This document shows, piece by piece, positions 1 to 12,402 of a stretch of DNA of 64,000 bases. Within the stretch, counting starts at the first letter, position 1. The number at the start of each line of letters is the position of its first letter. The notes beneath the pieces are model-generated. The model was not told the DNA's origin. It did no database searches and saw nothing but the letters and a program-made list of their open reading frames with translations. Location: the NCBI GenBank assembly GCA_964016885.1, contig OZ024742.1, positions 124,620,001 through 124,684,000 of the forward strand, written 5' to 3'. The position numbers and the translations under genes were made by a program. This DNA is from Eledone cirrhosa. Its lineage: Eukaryota.

Positions 1-649
1 ATTGCATTGTGCTTACTTTCATTATGGTGAGGACTCGTAATTCTTGAGAGAATCGTAGGGATGCTATAGTAATATAAGGTTTTTCTTGAAGCATTTTAAA
101 AACTGACGGACACCATCCACTCTCCAGTTCTGAGTACAGCAGATTACTTCCAGAGAAAAATAGAAAATGAGAAAAGGAAGAAAGAAAGAATCACAGAGAA
201 AGAATCCACTCAGTACAACACTGGTACTTTTTTTTATCAATCTAGAATAGACGAGAGCACCGGAACAATTACCATAAATATCTCTATCCGACGTTCTAAT
301 TCTAACGATTCGGATAATTCGTCGCCTTACTTTCATAACAACACTTTTAAATAAAATAGGTAGGTGGCAGTGTTTCTATATAACTATGAAATTCAGTGGA
401 TTTATTATAAGGTTTATACGAGTTATTGTCTAAATTCAATCTGATATCTTAATAAATACTTAACTTTAGGATGGATTTTTACTTCAAGTATGCATGCATT
501 ATTTTGCTTAAATTAGTTATCATGTAGCCGTGCTGTGCGCGAATACTACCTGGCCATCATTCTGAATACACACGTATTGTTTCTAAAAAATAGTCTCCGT
601 TACTTCGTCTTCTTACACATCTTTCTATTTCACCTTTCTTTTCTCATTC

Positions 650-692
650 CATTTCTTGAAGAAGGACTAGTGTCCGAAACTCTAAGGAAATG
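650..692 (+). ncRNA. Degenerate hammerhead-like motif in a PLE-type terminus (related copy near 50500-50560)
   Basis: CATTTC-TTGAAGA-AGGAC TAGT GTCC-GAAAC...GAAATG. Stems I and II pair, but the core has C3U and stem III is damaged. A (TA)n run follows at about 744. Confidence 0.4.
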
Positions 693-756
693 TTCCTACT
701 ATATTAAGCGTTAAACTCATTCATTTCCTCATTGTAATGCAAATATATATATATAT

Positions 757-1051
757 TAGGGAGAGGATCAGGGGTGTATAACACTCCACTTATCCAACAG
801 GCAGTATAAGGTTAGCTCGATGTCTGAGGACAGAGTCGTGATATAATCAATAACAAAGAACGCCTATGGCATATGCATATCTTTACTTGCTAACATTGTT
901 TCATCCGCACTATAAGTGGGACTCATCAGAGCATAAAGGTTGATTACATATGTAATCAACCTTTATGCTCTGATGAGTCCCACTTATAGTGCGGATGAAA
1001 CGATGTTAGCAAGTAAAGATATGCATATGCGATAGGCGTTCTTTGTTATTG

Positions 1052-1058
<7 letters not shown>
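757..1058. mobile_element. Fold-back PLE pLTR pair: ~218-bp near-perfect palindrome plus one-sided tail, set in (TA)n
   Basis: 841-949 is the reverse complement of 950-1058 with about 2 mismatches. Each arm carries an HHR, and (TA)n lies on both sides. Confidence 0.8.
966..1011 (+). ncRNA. Minimal type-I hammerhead ribozyme (mirror copy on - strand at 888-933)
   Basis: TGCT-CTGATGA-GTCC..GGAT-GAAAC GAT GTT-AGCA. Stem I is UGCU/AGCA, the core is intact and stem III is 2 bp. Confidence 0.75.
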
Positions 1059-1132
<74 letters not shown>

Positions 1133-1183
1133 GCACACACACACACAAACACACACTCACACATATATATATATATATATATA

Positions 1184-1463
1184 TGGTGGAAGCACGTGGC
1201 CTATTTGTAAGAGTGTTGGACTTACGATCATAATGACGTGGGTTCGATTCCAGGGCTGCGTGTTGTCTTCTTGAGCAAAACACCTCATTTCACGTTGCTC
1301 CAGTATACTCAGCTGAAAATGAGTACCAGCAATAGCTGCAGGTTTAACCCTGCGATGGACTGGCGTCCTGTCCATGGGTGACTCTTGTACTCTCAGTCGC
1401 TTCACGCCATGAAACCGGGATAAGCACCGGATAAATGAGCCTTCTGGCTTAAGACAGACTTTA
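1184..1463 (+). mobile_element. tRNA-derived SINE
   Basis: A-box-like GTGGCCTATTTG and B-box GGTTCGATTCC, then a CORE-like TCTTGAGCAAAACAC and a SINE-type body (CGATGGACTGGCGTCCTGTCC). Flanked by microsatellites. Confidence 0.75.
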
Positions 1464-1465
1464 GA

Positions 1466-1497
<32 letters not shown>

Positions 1498-2467
1498 TGT
1501 GTGAGCGTGTGTGTGTGTGTATGACATGAGATACAAAAAGTGATAGGAATAAGAGAGATGGGGCGACATGGTTGTTTTAATACTGACACATGGAGCGGTA
1601 GAAGTACCAACATAACGTTAAGATTCTAACGCTTGGATATTTTAATTCAGTTATAGCACTATAAATCTAAAATATTGATTGATATGTACGACTTGATCTG
1701 CTTGTAGAGTCGAGGAGAGAAAAAATATAAACCTCAGTACTGCTATAATATGCAGTAGCATTTATTCACCAAATACTTTTTTTTATTTTTTTATTTTTCA
1801 TACATTGAAGTTATTGATATCATATTTACTCATTACTTCTCTTTTATCAAAAACTACATTCGAAAAATGAAGATGGGGCTCTGTTTTCTTTATATCTATT
1901 GTTCTCTGGTTCGTTTTGTATTTCCGTTTGTTTCAATATAATTTGCTATTTATTATTAACGTTATGTTTGCAATATTTTTATTCTTTTTTCTTTCAGTAA
2001 CGCTAAATTTTAACAGTGTTTGTTTTGTACATATTTCATTTACACACAAAATACAGCCGTTCCTTTCATGCAAAATATATTTCCGCTGTGATTAAAATTG
2101 GAAATTTAAAAAGTATTGTGACTTTAACAGAGCCCAAATGTTGTTTTACAATATGTGGCTTTCTGCAGTTCCTGCCACGTGGAATTGTAATGCTAAACAA
2201 ATTTCTTAACAAAAGGCTCCATAGATCCTAAATGAAGTTTCTATCTTTATGAAATATTACTTGCTTGATTGTATTATACTTGTATGAAAATTGTTTTTAA
2301 AAAAATGATTGGATTGTTTCATTTTGTTTCCGTTTTTCATTTTTATCCACACAATTTGAATATTTTGATAATATTTATAATTCATTTTTTTTTTAAATAT
2401 ATTTCCCATTTATTGGTGCACCGACGTATACTTGTATAAATCAGTCACTAGTACTCAGAAACACACG

Positions 2468-2561
<94 letters not shown>

Positions 2562-3785
2562 AGAAGAGTATGTTTCATTGTGTGTTGAAACAGACATTTT
2601 TACAACTTGGGATGGTCATGTTGCCAATAAACGAACACATAGCCAAACGCACATACACACACATAGCCATACACATACACACCAATTGAATTTCTCTTCA
2701 GTATTACTCATATACTTCATGTATTCATTGTTTAGTAACCAGTTATTTATTTAATTGACAAAGCTCTTTTGTCACATAATCTGTGTGACCTTCACAGTCT
2801 GTTCTTTCTTTTGATTTGGATTTATTTACTCAATCTTGTATTTCTGGAGTTTGTTTGTATCGTAGAAGCAATAACATCATCCCAGATGTATGAACTATAT
2901 TCCATTAAATTCCAGTGTAACAGACGTTAACAGTCGTTCGGATTTGAAGTGTTGTCTTGCTATAAAGCAAATAGTTATTTATTTGCAGTCTTAGCTATGT
3001 TAAGTAAATGTGTTCATTAGGTTTCTCATTTAGAACGATCAAATGAACACGAAATGTGTTCTATTTTTGTACAAAAAGAGATATGATTATCGTAGCATGT
3101 GTAGGGCTTATATAATCATGTTTGCATTCGAAGGAAACAGGAATAGCAGGATCTCATTGGTGATGATTTCCAGCTCTCTGTTCATGATATCAGTGCAGAC
3201 ATGGAAGGAGGTGTCTACGCTACATACATATGACACTGAAGGTCAAGCATGAATAATGTTGGTAAAGCCTGTTTAAGGGTGCGGATTTCTCCTGTACATG
3301 ATGACAATTAGGAAATTGATGTAAAACTGTGATAGGACGGAAGGGAACTTTGAGTCTAAAAGAGCTGATAGTGGGTGGTTGATTGAGAGATACGTCTGCT
3401 AAGATCATGACAGAACAATATGACAACCAGCTGACAACTAGTGTCAACACGCACCTCTTTTCACCACCTATTGCTTATGCTGTGATCTCAGCGAGGTATA
3501 ATGACTGCGCTTAGATATTCTTCTTCAGACTATCGTTCTTGTAAAAGACCTCTGTAAACATATACACAATGATATACTGAGAAACTATTCCACCCCATGC
3601 ACATATACAGTCATATGCACTGGGATGCACTTGCCCACCACAAACATGTATATGTATCTGTGAATCTGATCGTTTATATTTGTCAGTGTGCGTGCATCAA
3701 TTACTCCAAGGCTTTCTCACTTCTGCTGGAGGAAGCCCTCCCCTGTTGATACCCACAGATTTCTATTTAGTTTTTGTCATATCAG

Positions 3786-3911
3786 GAATGCGGCTGTATT
3801 CAGCAAAATTGGCCATTTGTGTGAGAATACTTGCCCGAAACGTAACTATTCCGACTATGACAAACTTGGCTATTCTTTGCAAGACCAGAGTATATTACAT
3901 GTTATTTCTAA
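3786..3911 (+). CDS. Candidate isolated host exon (126 bp, phase 2-2), product unknown
   Basis: Acceptor TTTTTGTCATATCAG|, donor |GTAAGC, and an open frame NAAVFSKIGHLCENTCPKRNYSDYDKLGYSLQDQSILHVIS. No neighbouring exons identified. Confidence 0.3.
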
Positions 3912-4457
3912 GTAAGCACATTGGTAGAAAGATGATGGCTGAAATTAATACATGAATCACAAACAGAGTTGAATAGGAATACATGACTATAAATATGTAT
4001 TCTGATCAGCATTATAGATAGCCTGAATCGTTAAACCACATTCTATCCGCGCCTATATTTATTTAATTGAATTTACACTATTAATGATAATTAAGTAATG
4101 GTTAACGCCACCGGAGTTATGGCAAATGTATCTACAGAACTTACAACACACTTTCACACAAACACTACAGAATAATATGCATATATGTGTATATATATAT
4201 ATATACATATGTATCTGTGTGTATATATATATGTATGTGTATATATATATGTATGTGTATGCATTTATTGTATGTATTTATTGTATGTATATATATATAC
4301 ATGTAACAAAATTTAATATGAAACTACTAGCTTCTACAGGACTGTTTCATTTGTCTGAAATCAGCAGGAATTGCCTCATGATTTCATACGGTTGTCACGT
4401 TGCTTATGTATTGGGTAACCTTTTTAATATGGTTACCACCCATTTCACTCGGGATCT

Positions 4458-4494
<37 letters not shown>

Positions 4495-4574
4495 CATAAA
4501 TGTATATATACAATTTTCCTCTGTTTCTTGTTCCAGCCATCCGGCTATGGCCATGCTGGTGCACCGCCTATGTT

Positions 4575-4950
4575 GCTACACTTTCTATCTCCAGCCGGTG
4601 TTGGTTGGTCATTGGTGTAAGAGGGATCTCCATTGGTGCTGCCCTTAGGTTACCTTGGTGCTGTGGGCTCAACCTGGAACCCGGATAGCAGAATGTTAAG
4701 ATGTTTCTTGAAAACATCCACGTCCACACCGTGCAGATGTCCCAAATTTCTTGGCAGCTTCTTGATGAGTCGCGGACATTTGAACCTCAGGCTATTGCAA
4801 TACGTGGTCCTTATTCTAGATGTGGATGGCGGGACATTTGGCACCACACGGTGACGTCATGTTCAGGTGGTGGTTGGTCAAACTCCAAAAACTGTAGTAT
4901 TTTGAAATTGATAGGTGTCGAACCTGTAATCTCCTGTTCCTTAGACTGGC
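4575..4950 (-). mobile_element. 3' fragment of CR1/L2-group LINE ORF2
   Basis: [41 protein letters not shown] resembles the C-terminal 'xPRLWNxLP..FKxxLD' motif of CR1/L2-type ORF2. Confidence 0.55.
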
Positions 4951-4967
4951 ACGTTAACCATTATAAT

Positions 4968-5169
<202 letters not shown>

Positions 5170-5295
5170 GTAGGAGGTGAGTTTTATTGTAGTACGATAA
5201 AGCAATGCAGATATCGGATAAGAAGCACTCTACAGTTTGTAGGACTGGAGTATACATAATATAAGATCAAAAGATGGTTAAAGGAGTTCCATGTA

Positions 5296-5364
5296 TTTTA
5301 TTATGCGCATTTCAAAAACAAACATCATCATGCAATAATATTTGTGTTTTCATCAGATAAAACA
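5296..5364 (-). ncRNA. Type-I hammerhead ribozyme (mirror copy at 6993-7062, +)
   Basis: TTTTAT-CTGATGA-long stem II-GAAATGCGCATA-ATAAAA. Stem III is the palindrome AUGCGCAU. Confidence 0.8.
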
Positions 5365-6395
5365 GGAGAACATGATATGAAGGCTAAAAAACACTTGTGG
5401 ATAGTGCAGTTTTAAATCAACATATGAAAAGTGGTTTTAGATTGATGTGTGATATTGGGAAAAATATTTTATTTAGGGAGGGGGGGGTGGAAAGGATGAA
5501 AAAGGGGAGGAGATGAGAGGGAGAGATGGGTGATAGAGAGAAAGAGATAGTTTTTATAACTGAGAGAAGATATATTGTTTTACATAGAGAGGTTGAAAAC
5601 CGTTGGAAGATAATGTATAATTAAAAGAATTTGAAAATTAACGAAGGGAAGATATGTACGAGGAAAAAATATTTTATTTAGGGAGGCGGGGGGTGGAAAG
5701 GATGAAAAAAGGGGGAGGAGATGAGAGTGAAGGTGGAGAGGGAGAGATGGGTGATAGAGAGAAAGAGATAGTTTTTATAACTGAGAAAAGATATATTGTT
5801 TACATAGAGAGGTTGAGAACCGTTGGAAGATAATGTATAAATTAAAAGAATTTGAAAATTAACGAAGGGAATTTATGTATGAAGATAGAGAGAAAAAATA
5901 ATAATTGTGGATGAATATTCTAACGTCAAAAAAGTGTATGTTGATAAGTATTGTGGCAATTTCAAAATTATCGAAGAGAAAAAAAAAATTATTAAGGTTT
6001 GTGTGTAGAAGGATTTGAGAAAAATAATGTGAAGTTAAAGTTTGTATATTGAAGGAATTGATAATATGTGCGAATAAAGAGTTAATATGTATTAAGAATG
6101 AGTTCGTTGATGGGGAGAAAAAAATAATAAATTAAGGATGAAATTGAGATTAAAAAGTTTTATGGTAGAGAGAAAAAATAATGATAATTGCGGATGAATA
6201 TTCTAACGTCAAAAAAACAAATGTATATGTTATGAAGGATTTTACAAGGTGAAGATAGAAAGAGGGTAATGAGTAAACAAGTATTATAGAGTGTATAATG
6301 CCCTTTGAAGTAAGGTAGGAAGATGGGTATATTTTAAAGAGGTGTATGTATATGTGCCTTTGAGAAAAGATTCTAAATTGATAAAGAATTGAATA

Positions 6396-6719
6396 TTAAC
6401 TGTATACTTTGTGAAAAGTCCTATGGAATTTATGCAGGCAGATAGAAAACAAATCTGTACGTCTATTTATTATAGAATCTAGATTAGAGATAATGGTAAA
6501 TTTTTCATTTAGGCAGAGATTACAGATTTTAGATAGAGAGCTGTTCAAGTATCAGGATGCAGAAGAAACCTTCTTCCAAAAGATGGTATATTTAATGTTT
6601 TTGTCTTTCAAGGACCATATGAGTTCTGAGAGAGCCGTGTTGGTTCTTTTAAGTTTGTATTTGAAAGATGAATGGTGATTATAGAGACGAGCTTTAAAAG
6701 AGGTGGAAGTGGAGCCAAA
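6396..6719 (-). pseudogene. PLE GIY-YIG endonuclease remnant
   Basis: Manual translation: FGSTSTSFKARLYNHHSSFK...TALSELIWSLKDKNIKYTIFWK...(stop)...CNLCLNEKFTII..IINRRTDLFSICLH. Confidence 0.85.
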
Positions 6720-7093
6720 ATTAAAATTCTTTTAATTTATACATTATCTTCCAACGGTTTTCAACTTCTCTATGTAAAACAGTATATCTTCTCTCAGTTA
6801 TAAAAACTATCTCTTTCTCTCTATCACCCATCTCTCCCTCTCATCTCCTCCCCTTTTTCATCCTTTCCACCCCCCCCTCTCTAAATAAAATATTTTTCCC
6901 AATATCACACATCAATCTAAAACCACTTTTCATATGTTGATTTAAAACTGCACTATCCACAAGTGTTTTTTAGCCTTCATATCATGTTCTCCTGTTTTAT
7001 CTGATGAAAACACAAATATTATTGCATGATGATGTTTGTTTTTGAAATACGCATAATAAAATACATGGAACTCCTTTAACCATCTTTTGATCT

Positions 7094-7143
<50 letters not shown>

Positions 7144-7148
<5 letters not shown>

Positions 7149-7918
7149 TATGTATACGTACATACATATATGTATACAGACGTACAGTAATATGTATATA
7201 TATATACATACAGGCACACATATATAAATGTACGTATGGATTCACCGAACATTTATTATAATGCTCGGTGTGTTTGTAAACAAACATCCCGAATTAAGCC
7301 GTAGTGTCTAGCAACCATCGTTACTCATTTGTTCAACACTGACAAAAGAACCCTGTACTAGATTCAAGCTCATTATCTATGGTCAGCAACGTATACCTTC
7401 CTGCCAGATGGTTGAACGTCTGAAAGTATATACTTTCCTTATGCATATTAACGGCCGAGCAGCCTAATTTGCATATTGAGTGAGTTAATCGGCCGGGGTA
7501 CCGAAAACGATAAACGGAAAAAATGAACCGAAATTTCATTTATCACTGTTAGTACAGCTGTTACTTAAATATAAGTATGTACACGTACATACATATATCT
7601 ACTCAGCCTTTAATATGCATAAGGAAAGTGTATACCTTCGGACGTTCAACTATCTGGCAGGAAGGTATACGTTGCTGACGATAGCTAATAAGCTTGAAAC
7701 TAGAACAGCGTTCCTTTGTCAGTGTTGAACAAACGAGCAACGGTGGTTTGCTAGACACTACGGCTTAATATGGGATGTTGTTTACAAACACATCGAGCAT
7801 TATAATAAATCTTCGGTGAATCCATACGTACTTATATATATGTGTGCATGTATGTATATATATATACATACTACTGTATGTCTGTATACATATATTTATG
7901 TACGTATACATATTTATA

Positions 7919-7920
<2 letters not shown>
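7144..7920. mobile_element. Retrozyme-like non-coding HHR unit: full ~427-nt monomer on - (7144-7597) plus inverted partial copy on + (~7600-7920)
   Basis: The monomer has a ~30-nt direct terminal redundancy (ATAAGTATGTA.ACGTACATACATATAT at 7144 and 7571). HHR core GTTG-CTGACGA..GAAACTAG at ~7670-7710. No ORF. Further copies at 11236-11620, 12725-12775 and 47311-47472. Confidence 0.7.
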
Positions 7921-7953
<33 letters not shown>

Positions 7954-8079
7954 ATTTAAAGACTAAAATCCAAAGATCGCTGGATTAGGAGTTTCAGAAG
8001 ATCCCGTTAAGGGTGAAAGCACCGATTCTTTACTTTAATCTGTCATTTTAATATATATATATATATATATACACACAAT

Positions 8080-8478
8080 ATAGAGAGGAAAACGCAGGTG
8101 AGTGTGTTTTCATTACCGGATTTTAACCACCAGCGTGAAGAGGATATAAGCTAAGAGAGGTATAAGAGACACACAATCATTAAAAGGATAATTTAAAAAG
8201 AGAAACCTACCTCATACGTAAATCGCACTTGTACAAACTCCCTAAGAGATTGTTTCACCGTATTAATGGTTTAAAATTCAGCTCTTGGATCATCAGCAAG
8301 TGCTCAAGCTTATATTGTCCCCGCTACTAAAGATAACTATAGTAACTGACCTGCAGCACAGTGACCGGTGGTATGAATAGAACAAGCAGCTAGAGATGGC
8401 AGCCTATACTATTCAATTTATCGTGCTCAATTGCAGATAGAAGACGCGAGTAGCTAATATCAAGTAAAATAATGGAAT
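8080..8478 (-). mobile_element. PLE pLTR remnant with decayed HHR (related copy at ~61625-61858)
   Basis: Minus strand reads CTGATGA-TCC...CGGT-GAAACAATCTC at ~8245-8297. It shares GTACAAA.TCC..A.GAGAT.TGTTTC with 61783-61807 and is TA-flanked. Confidence 0.5.
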
Positions 8479-8736
8479 ATATATATATATGTATATAAAT
8501 TAATAAAGTAATGAATAAACAAAGAAACAGTTCCTTATATTTAAAAAATTCATCATTTTACGATCGTTTCTAGGATATATATGTGTTAGTGTTGGTATGC
8601 ATATTCTATAGATCTATGTAAAATATTTATACAAAACTATCAGAGGGAATATACATACCTACACATATATACATACCTACACATATATACATACCTACAC
8701 ATATATACACCTAAATCAATAAATCTAACTAAAAAC

Positions 8737-9525
8737 GTGTGTGGTGAAGTCATTAACAATAATTATCTTAATAAACATCAGGATACATCCTATAAAAACA
8801 ATAAACAACATCGAAACCGTAATAGACGAGTTACTTGGTATAATGCTTCATTTAATTTACAAATTAAGGATAATATACCTAAAAAATTCTTTAATATCCT
8901 AGAGAAGAACTTCCCGCCAAACCACAAATACCATCAAATTTTAAATAGATCAACGGTTAAATTCTCCTACTCAACAACCAAAAACATAAAACAAAATATA
9001 AGTGCCTACAATACATATAAATGTAAAAGAAACATGAGTATACCACCAGTACATCAAACTAACCATAATATCTCCTCGGATACAGGATTCACGAAAAGTT
9101 GTAACTGTAGAAACAAGGCAAACTGCCCATTAAAAGGAAATTGCCTTGTTAATAACATAGTATATAAATGTAAAGTTAACACTAAGGACTCAATTTATTC
9201 ATATATAGGAGCTACCTCTAACAAATTTACGGTAAGATGTAATACTCATAAACATAGTTTTAAAAATGCCGCACTAGCTAATATAACATCTCTAGCTGAA
9301 ATAATTAATAATTATAGAAAGAGGAATATAGATTATGACCTGACCTGGAGTGTGCTCAAAAGGGCCACCCCTTATTAAAATAATAGATATGAATGTAGAT
9401 TATGTTCCCAAGAACTTTTTTAAATAATGAAATCTAAGGATATCCTATTAAATAAGCGACAGGAATTAATAATATCGTGTAATCATAACCTGAGAAAAAC
9501 CTTTAAATATTATAAACCTAATTAA
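8737..9525 (+). pseudogene. PLE RT-thumb/linker plus GIY-YIG endonuclease (Cys-rich linker type), with in-frame stops
   Basis: RRVTWYN..FPPNHKYHQILNRSTVKFSYS, CNCRNKANCPLKGNCL, NIVYKC...YIGATSNKFTVRCNTH. Beyond the stop at 9376-9378 it continues CRLCSQE..LLNKRQELIISCNH. Confidence 0.9.
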
Positions 9526-9790
9526 TATACATTTTAGAAATTAATATATAAACTGTTTTTAATTTAGTTAACCTATAATTAATATTCTACTACTGATAAA
9601 CTACATAATTTTACTTTCCTTCTTACAACTATCATTTCCTAAAACTGATACCATTAAGTAAACATATATAATGCTTTAATTTCAGGTTATGACTCTATGT
9701 ATTTATTATTTCTCACTAATAAATTAACTCCCCCCCCCAATAATTATATGTATGTGTATGTATGTGTATGTGTATATATATATGTATATA

Positions 9791-9904
<114 letters not shown>

Positions 9905-10433
9905 TGTATATATATGTATATATATATATATATATTATTTTTATATTCTTTTAATTTCCCCTCATCTTTAACAGCACTCTTCAACTACATCTAACTCTTA
10001 TTTATCATACCTATATGCATTAGTATAATTTTATCAATATAAATATACCCATCAATTAAATTAATTTATATTATTTTCATGGATCTATTTGTTTCACTAA
10101 CACTCTTATCGTAACATTTTAGTTTCCTTAGATATTTGCATTGGCATTACTGTTTTATAACAGCAACTGTTCGTATACCTTTTACTGACCTGACCTATTT
10201 TCACGCCTAAAATAACCTTCTCATTCTTCACACTCCATTCAAAACTAAAATCTACCTTCTTCTACCCCTAAAATAAACTTCAATTACTACTATTTTACCA
10301 TTTGGCCAATTATTAACTTTCTATTGGTTAATTCTAAACCTGTTACCAAACAGACAGATTATATTAAATCTTTGTTGGTTTTTTTACCTTCACTATCTTT
10401 GACCTAAATCTTTGTTTTTTTCAATAAACAAAT

Positions 10434-10572
10434 ATCATTATTTCTGAAGACAGCATATATATGTGTAGGTATGTATATTCCCTTTGATAGTTTGTATAAA
10501 TATTTTACATAGATCTATAGAATATGCATACCAACACTAACACATATATCCTAGAAACGATCGTAAAATGAT
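10434..10572 (+). ncRNA. Type-I hammerhead with ~100-nt stem II
   Basis: ATCATTATTT-CTGAAGA-...-GAAACGATCGTA-AAATGAT. Stem III is the palindrome ACGAUCGU. Stem II pairs GGTATGTATATTC with GAATATGCATACC. Confidence 0.65.
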
Positions 10573-10791
10573 GAATTTTTTAATATAATGAACTGATTCT
10601 TTGTTTATTCTTTACTTTATTAATTTATCTTGACTCTGTTTTCCGTTAATTTTCACCGAAAATAGTTTTTGAATGCATCTTCTCTTTTCATGATATCCGG
10701 ATTACATTGAGTTCTTCATACGTATTGGACACTACCGTAAATTTTTGGTAGATTTATCTACATATATGTAGATATATATATATATATATAT

Positions 10792-11010
10792 AATAAGGAA
10801 CGATCGACTTTCGTCAAATCGGACCGGAGGAACAATGTATCCGTTGGTCTTTCCAATTGCTAATACTATCTATCGGTCGCAACTCCATGTAGAAGGAGCA
10901 ACGTGAAATAAAGTGTCTTGCTCAAGGACATAACGCATCGCCTGGTCCAGGAGTCGAACTCACAACCTTACGATTGCGAATCCAATTCTCTAACCACTCA
11001 GCCACACGCC

Positions 11011-11014
<4 letters not shown>
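10792..11014 (-). mobile_element. tRNA-derived SINE in (TA)n (same family as 47944-48150)
   Basis: A box TGGCTGAGTGG, B box GAGTTCGACTCC, CORE-like TCCTTGAGCAAGACAC. Near-identical to the second copy. Confidence 0.8.
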
Positions 11015-11073
<59 letters not shown>

Positions 11074-11087
11074 CGTATACATACATA

Positions 11088-11147
<60 letters not shown>

Positions 11148-11161
11148 CGTATACATACATA

Positions 11162-11235
<74 letters not shown>

Positions 11236-11238
<3 letters not shown>

Positions 11239-11293
11239 AAGTATGTATGTATACGTACATACGTATATGTATACAGACGTACAGTAGCATGTA

Positions 11294-11357
<64 letters not shown>

Positions 11358-11620
11358 CAGGCACACATATATACATGTACGTATCAGTTTAGCGAATATT
11401 TATTATAACATTCGCTTTGTTCGTTTGTAAACAAAAGGAAAGCCTGATTTATGCCGTACGGTGTTAAGGCAACCACGTCACCTGTTTGTTCAACACTGAC
11501 ACAGGAACGATGTACTAGTTTCAAGCTTGTTAGCTATCGTCAGCACCGTATACCCTTCTGCCAGATGGTTGAACGTTCGAAAGTATATACTTTCCTTACG
11601 AAAATTAACGGCTGAGCAGC
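11236..11620 (-). mobile_element. Partial copy of the ~427-nt retrozyme-like unit
   Basis: Colinear with 7144-7462. Confidence 0.75.
11509..11547 (-). ncRNA. Minimal type-I hammerhead ribozyme (39 nt)
   Basis: GGTG-CTGACGA-TAGCT AACA AGCTT-GAAACTAGTA-CATC. Stem I is GGUG/CAUC, stem III is the palindrome ACUAGU and the cleavage site is GUA. Confidence 0.8.
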
Positions 11621-11631
11621 AATTAGGCTGC

Positions 11632-11816
11632 TACAGTTAATATGGGGTCTTATTTTACAGGTTATACATTTCTTATCTATACATGAGGGTCTTTGAAAAG
11701 GGTATGTCTTGCTAATAAGTGTTTTTACGGAGGTACCTGGTCTTTCTACTATCTTAATATTGAGTTTATGTTTATCTAGGGCCCTTCTAAATTTGTAAGC
11801 TAATTCACCTCTAGGT
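11632..11816 (-). pseudogene. Inverted upstream piece of a PLE ORF (thumb/Cys linker)
   Basis: PRGELAYKFRRAL..NIKIVERPGTSVKTLISKTYPFQRPSCIDKKCITCKIRPHINC. It continues in frame with the + strand piece once flipped. Confidence 0.75.
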
Positions 11817-12158
11817 ATTAACTGTAAAACTAGAAATGTAGTGTATAGCATAAGATGTACTGAAGGACAATGTAGAGACAAAAATATAGTGTACATAGGT
11901 GAGACAGATCGTAGTGTAGGGGAACGGATAAATGAACACTGGCGAGACCTTCAAGATAGTAAAGAATCATCTGTGCTCTACCAACATAATAAAATAGAAC
12001 ACAAGGGTAAATTAGAGAACATAGAAATAAAAATAGAATCTACACACAGAAAAGACGCAATGTTTAGACAAATCACAGAGGCAATAAACATAAAAGAATT
12101 ACAACCAAAATTAAATAGAAAATATGAGTGGAACAGCAAAATCACAACTTACAATTAA
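11817..12158 (+). pseudogene. PLE GIY-YIG endonuclease C-terminal piece
   Basis: INCKTRNVVYSIRC..C...VYIGETDRSVGERINEH...SSVLYQH...RQITEAINIKELQPKLNRKYEW. Confidence 0.9.
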
Positions 12159-12359
12159 GGACAAAATGAAAACACACACACACATAGAACAAACAACCAA
12201 CCGGTAACATGTAAATAAACAAATAAATAAATGAACATAAACACACACAGACACCCGGATGTGGCGCATGCGCAGACTGAGCACACAACACACGCACAGA
12301 AACAAAATGGCGTAGGACAGAACAAAGGAGAGGCACAGAAACAAAGAAAGGAATCCCTA

Positions 12360-12402
12360 GTCACTGAAGGGGTCACAAAGTGTGTGACGAAAGAACTATG
12401 AC
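12360..12402 (+). ncRNA. Hammerhead motif (A9G variant) in the pLTR downstream of the GIY-YIG ORF
   Basis: GTCA-CTGAAGG-GGTCACA AAG TGTGTGAC-GAAAGAACTA-TGAC. The sister copy at ~17135-17180 has CTGAGGA. Confidence 0.6.

Larger units (their letters stand above)
5170..7098 (-). mobile_element. 5'-truncated Penelope-like element with inverted pLTRs
   Basis: Arms ~5258-5635 and ~6727-7098 are reverse complements. There is an internal ~200-bp tandem duplication at ~5460-5880, a GIY-YIG remnant inside, and (TA)n on both flanks. Confidence 0.85.

Noticed and set aside
64-336. 90-aa minus-strand ORF
   Set aside because: No recognisable motif; it overlaps a decayed SINE-like and pyrimidine-rich stretch.
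3100-3500. GC-richer stretch as an exon or LINE remnant
   Set aside because: No motif or splice-consistent frame that I could support.
5170-7098. Long inverted arms as DNA-transposon TIRs (also 18455, 32479)
   Set aside because: The arms contain HHRs, are asymmetric (one-sided tail) and enclose GIY-YIG rather than transposase, so they are PLE pLTRs.
10940-11014. SINE heads (also 1184, 35716, 47944, 61130) as tRNA genes
   Set aside because: No complete cloverleaf, and they continue into SINE bodies, some with TSDs.
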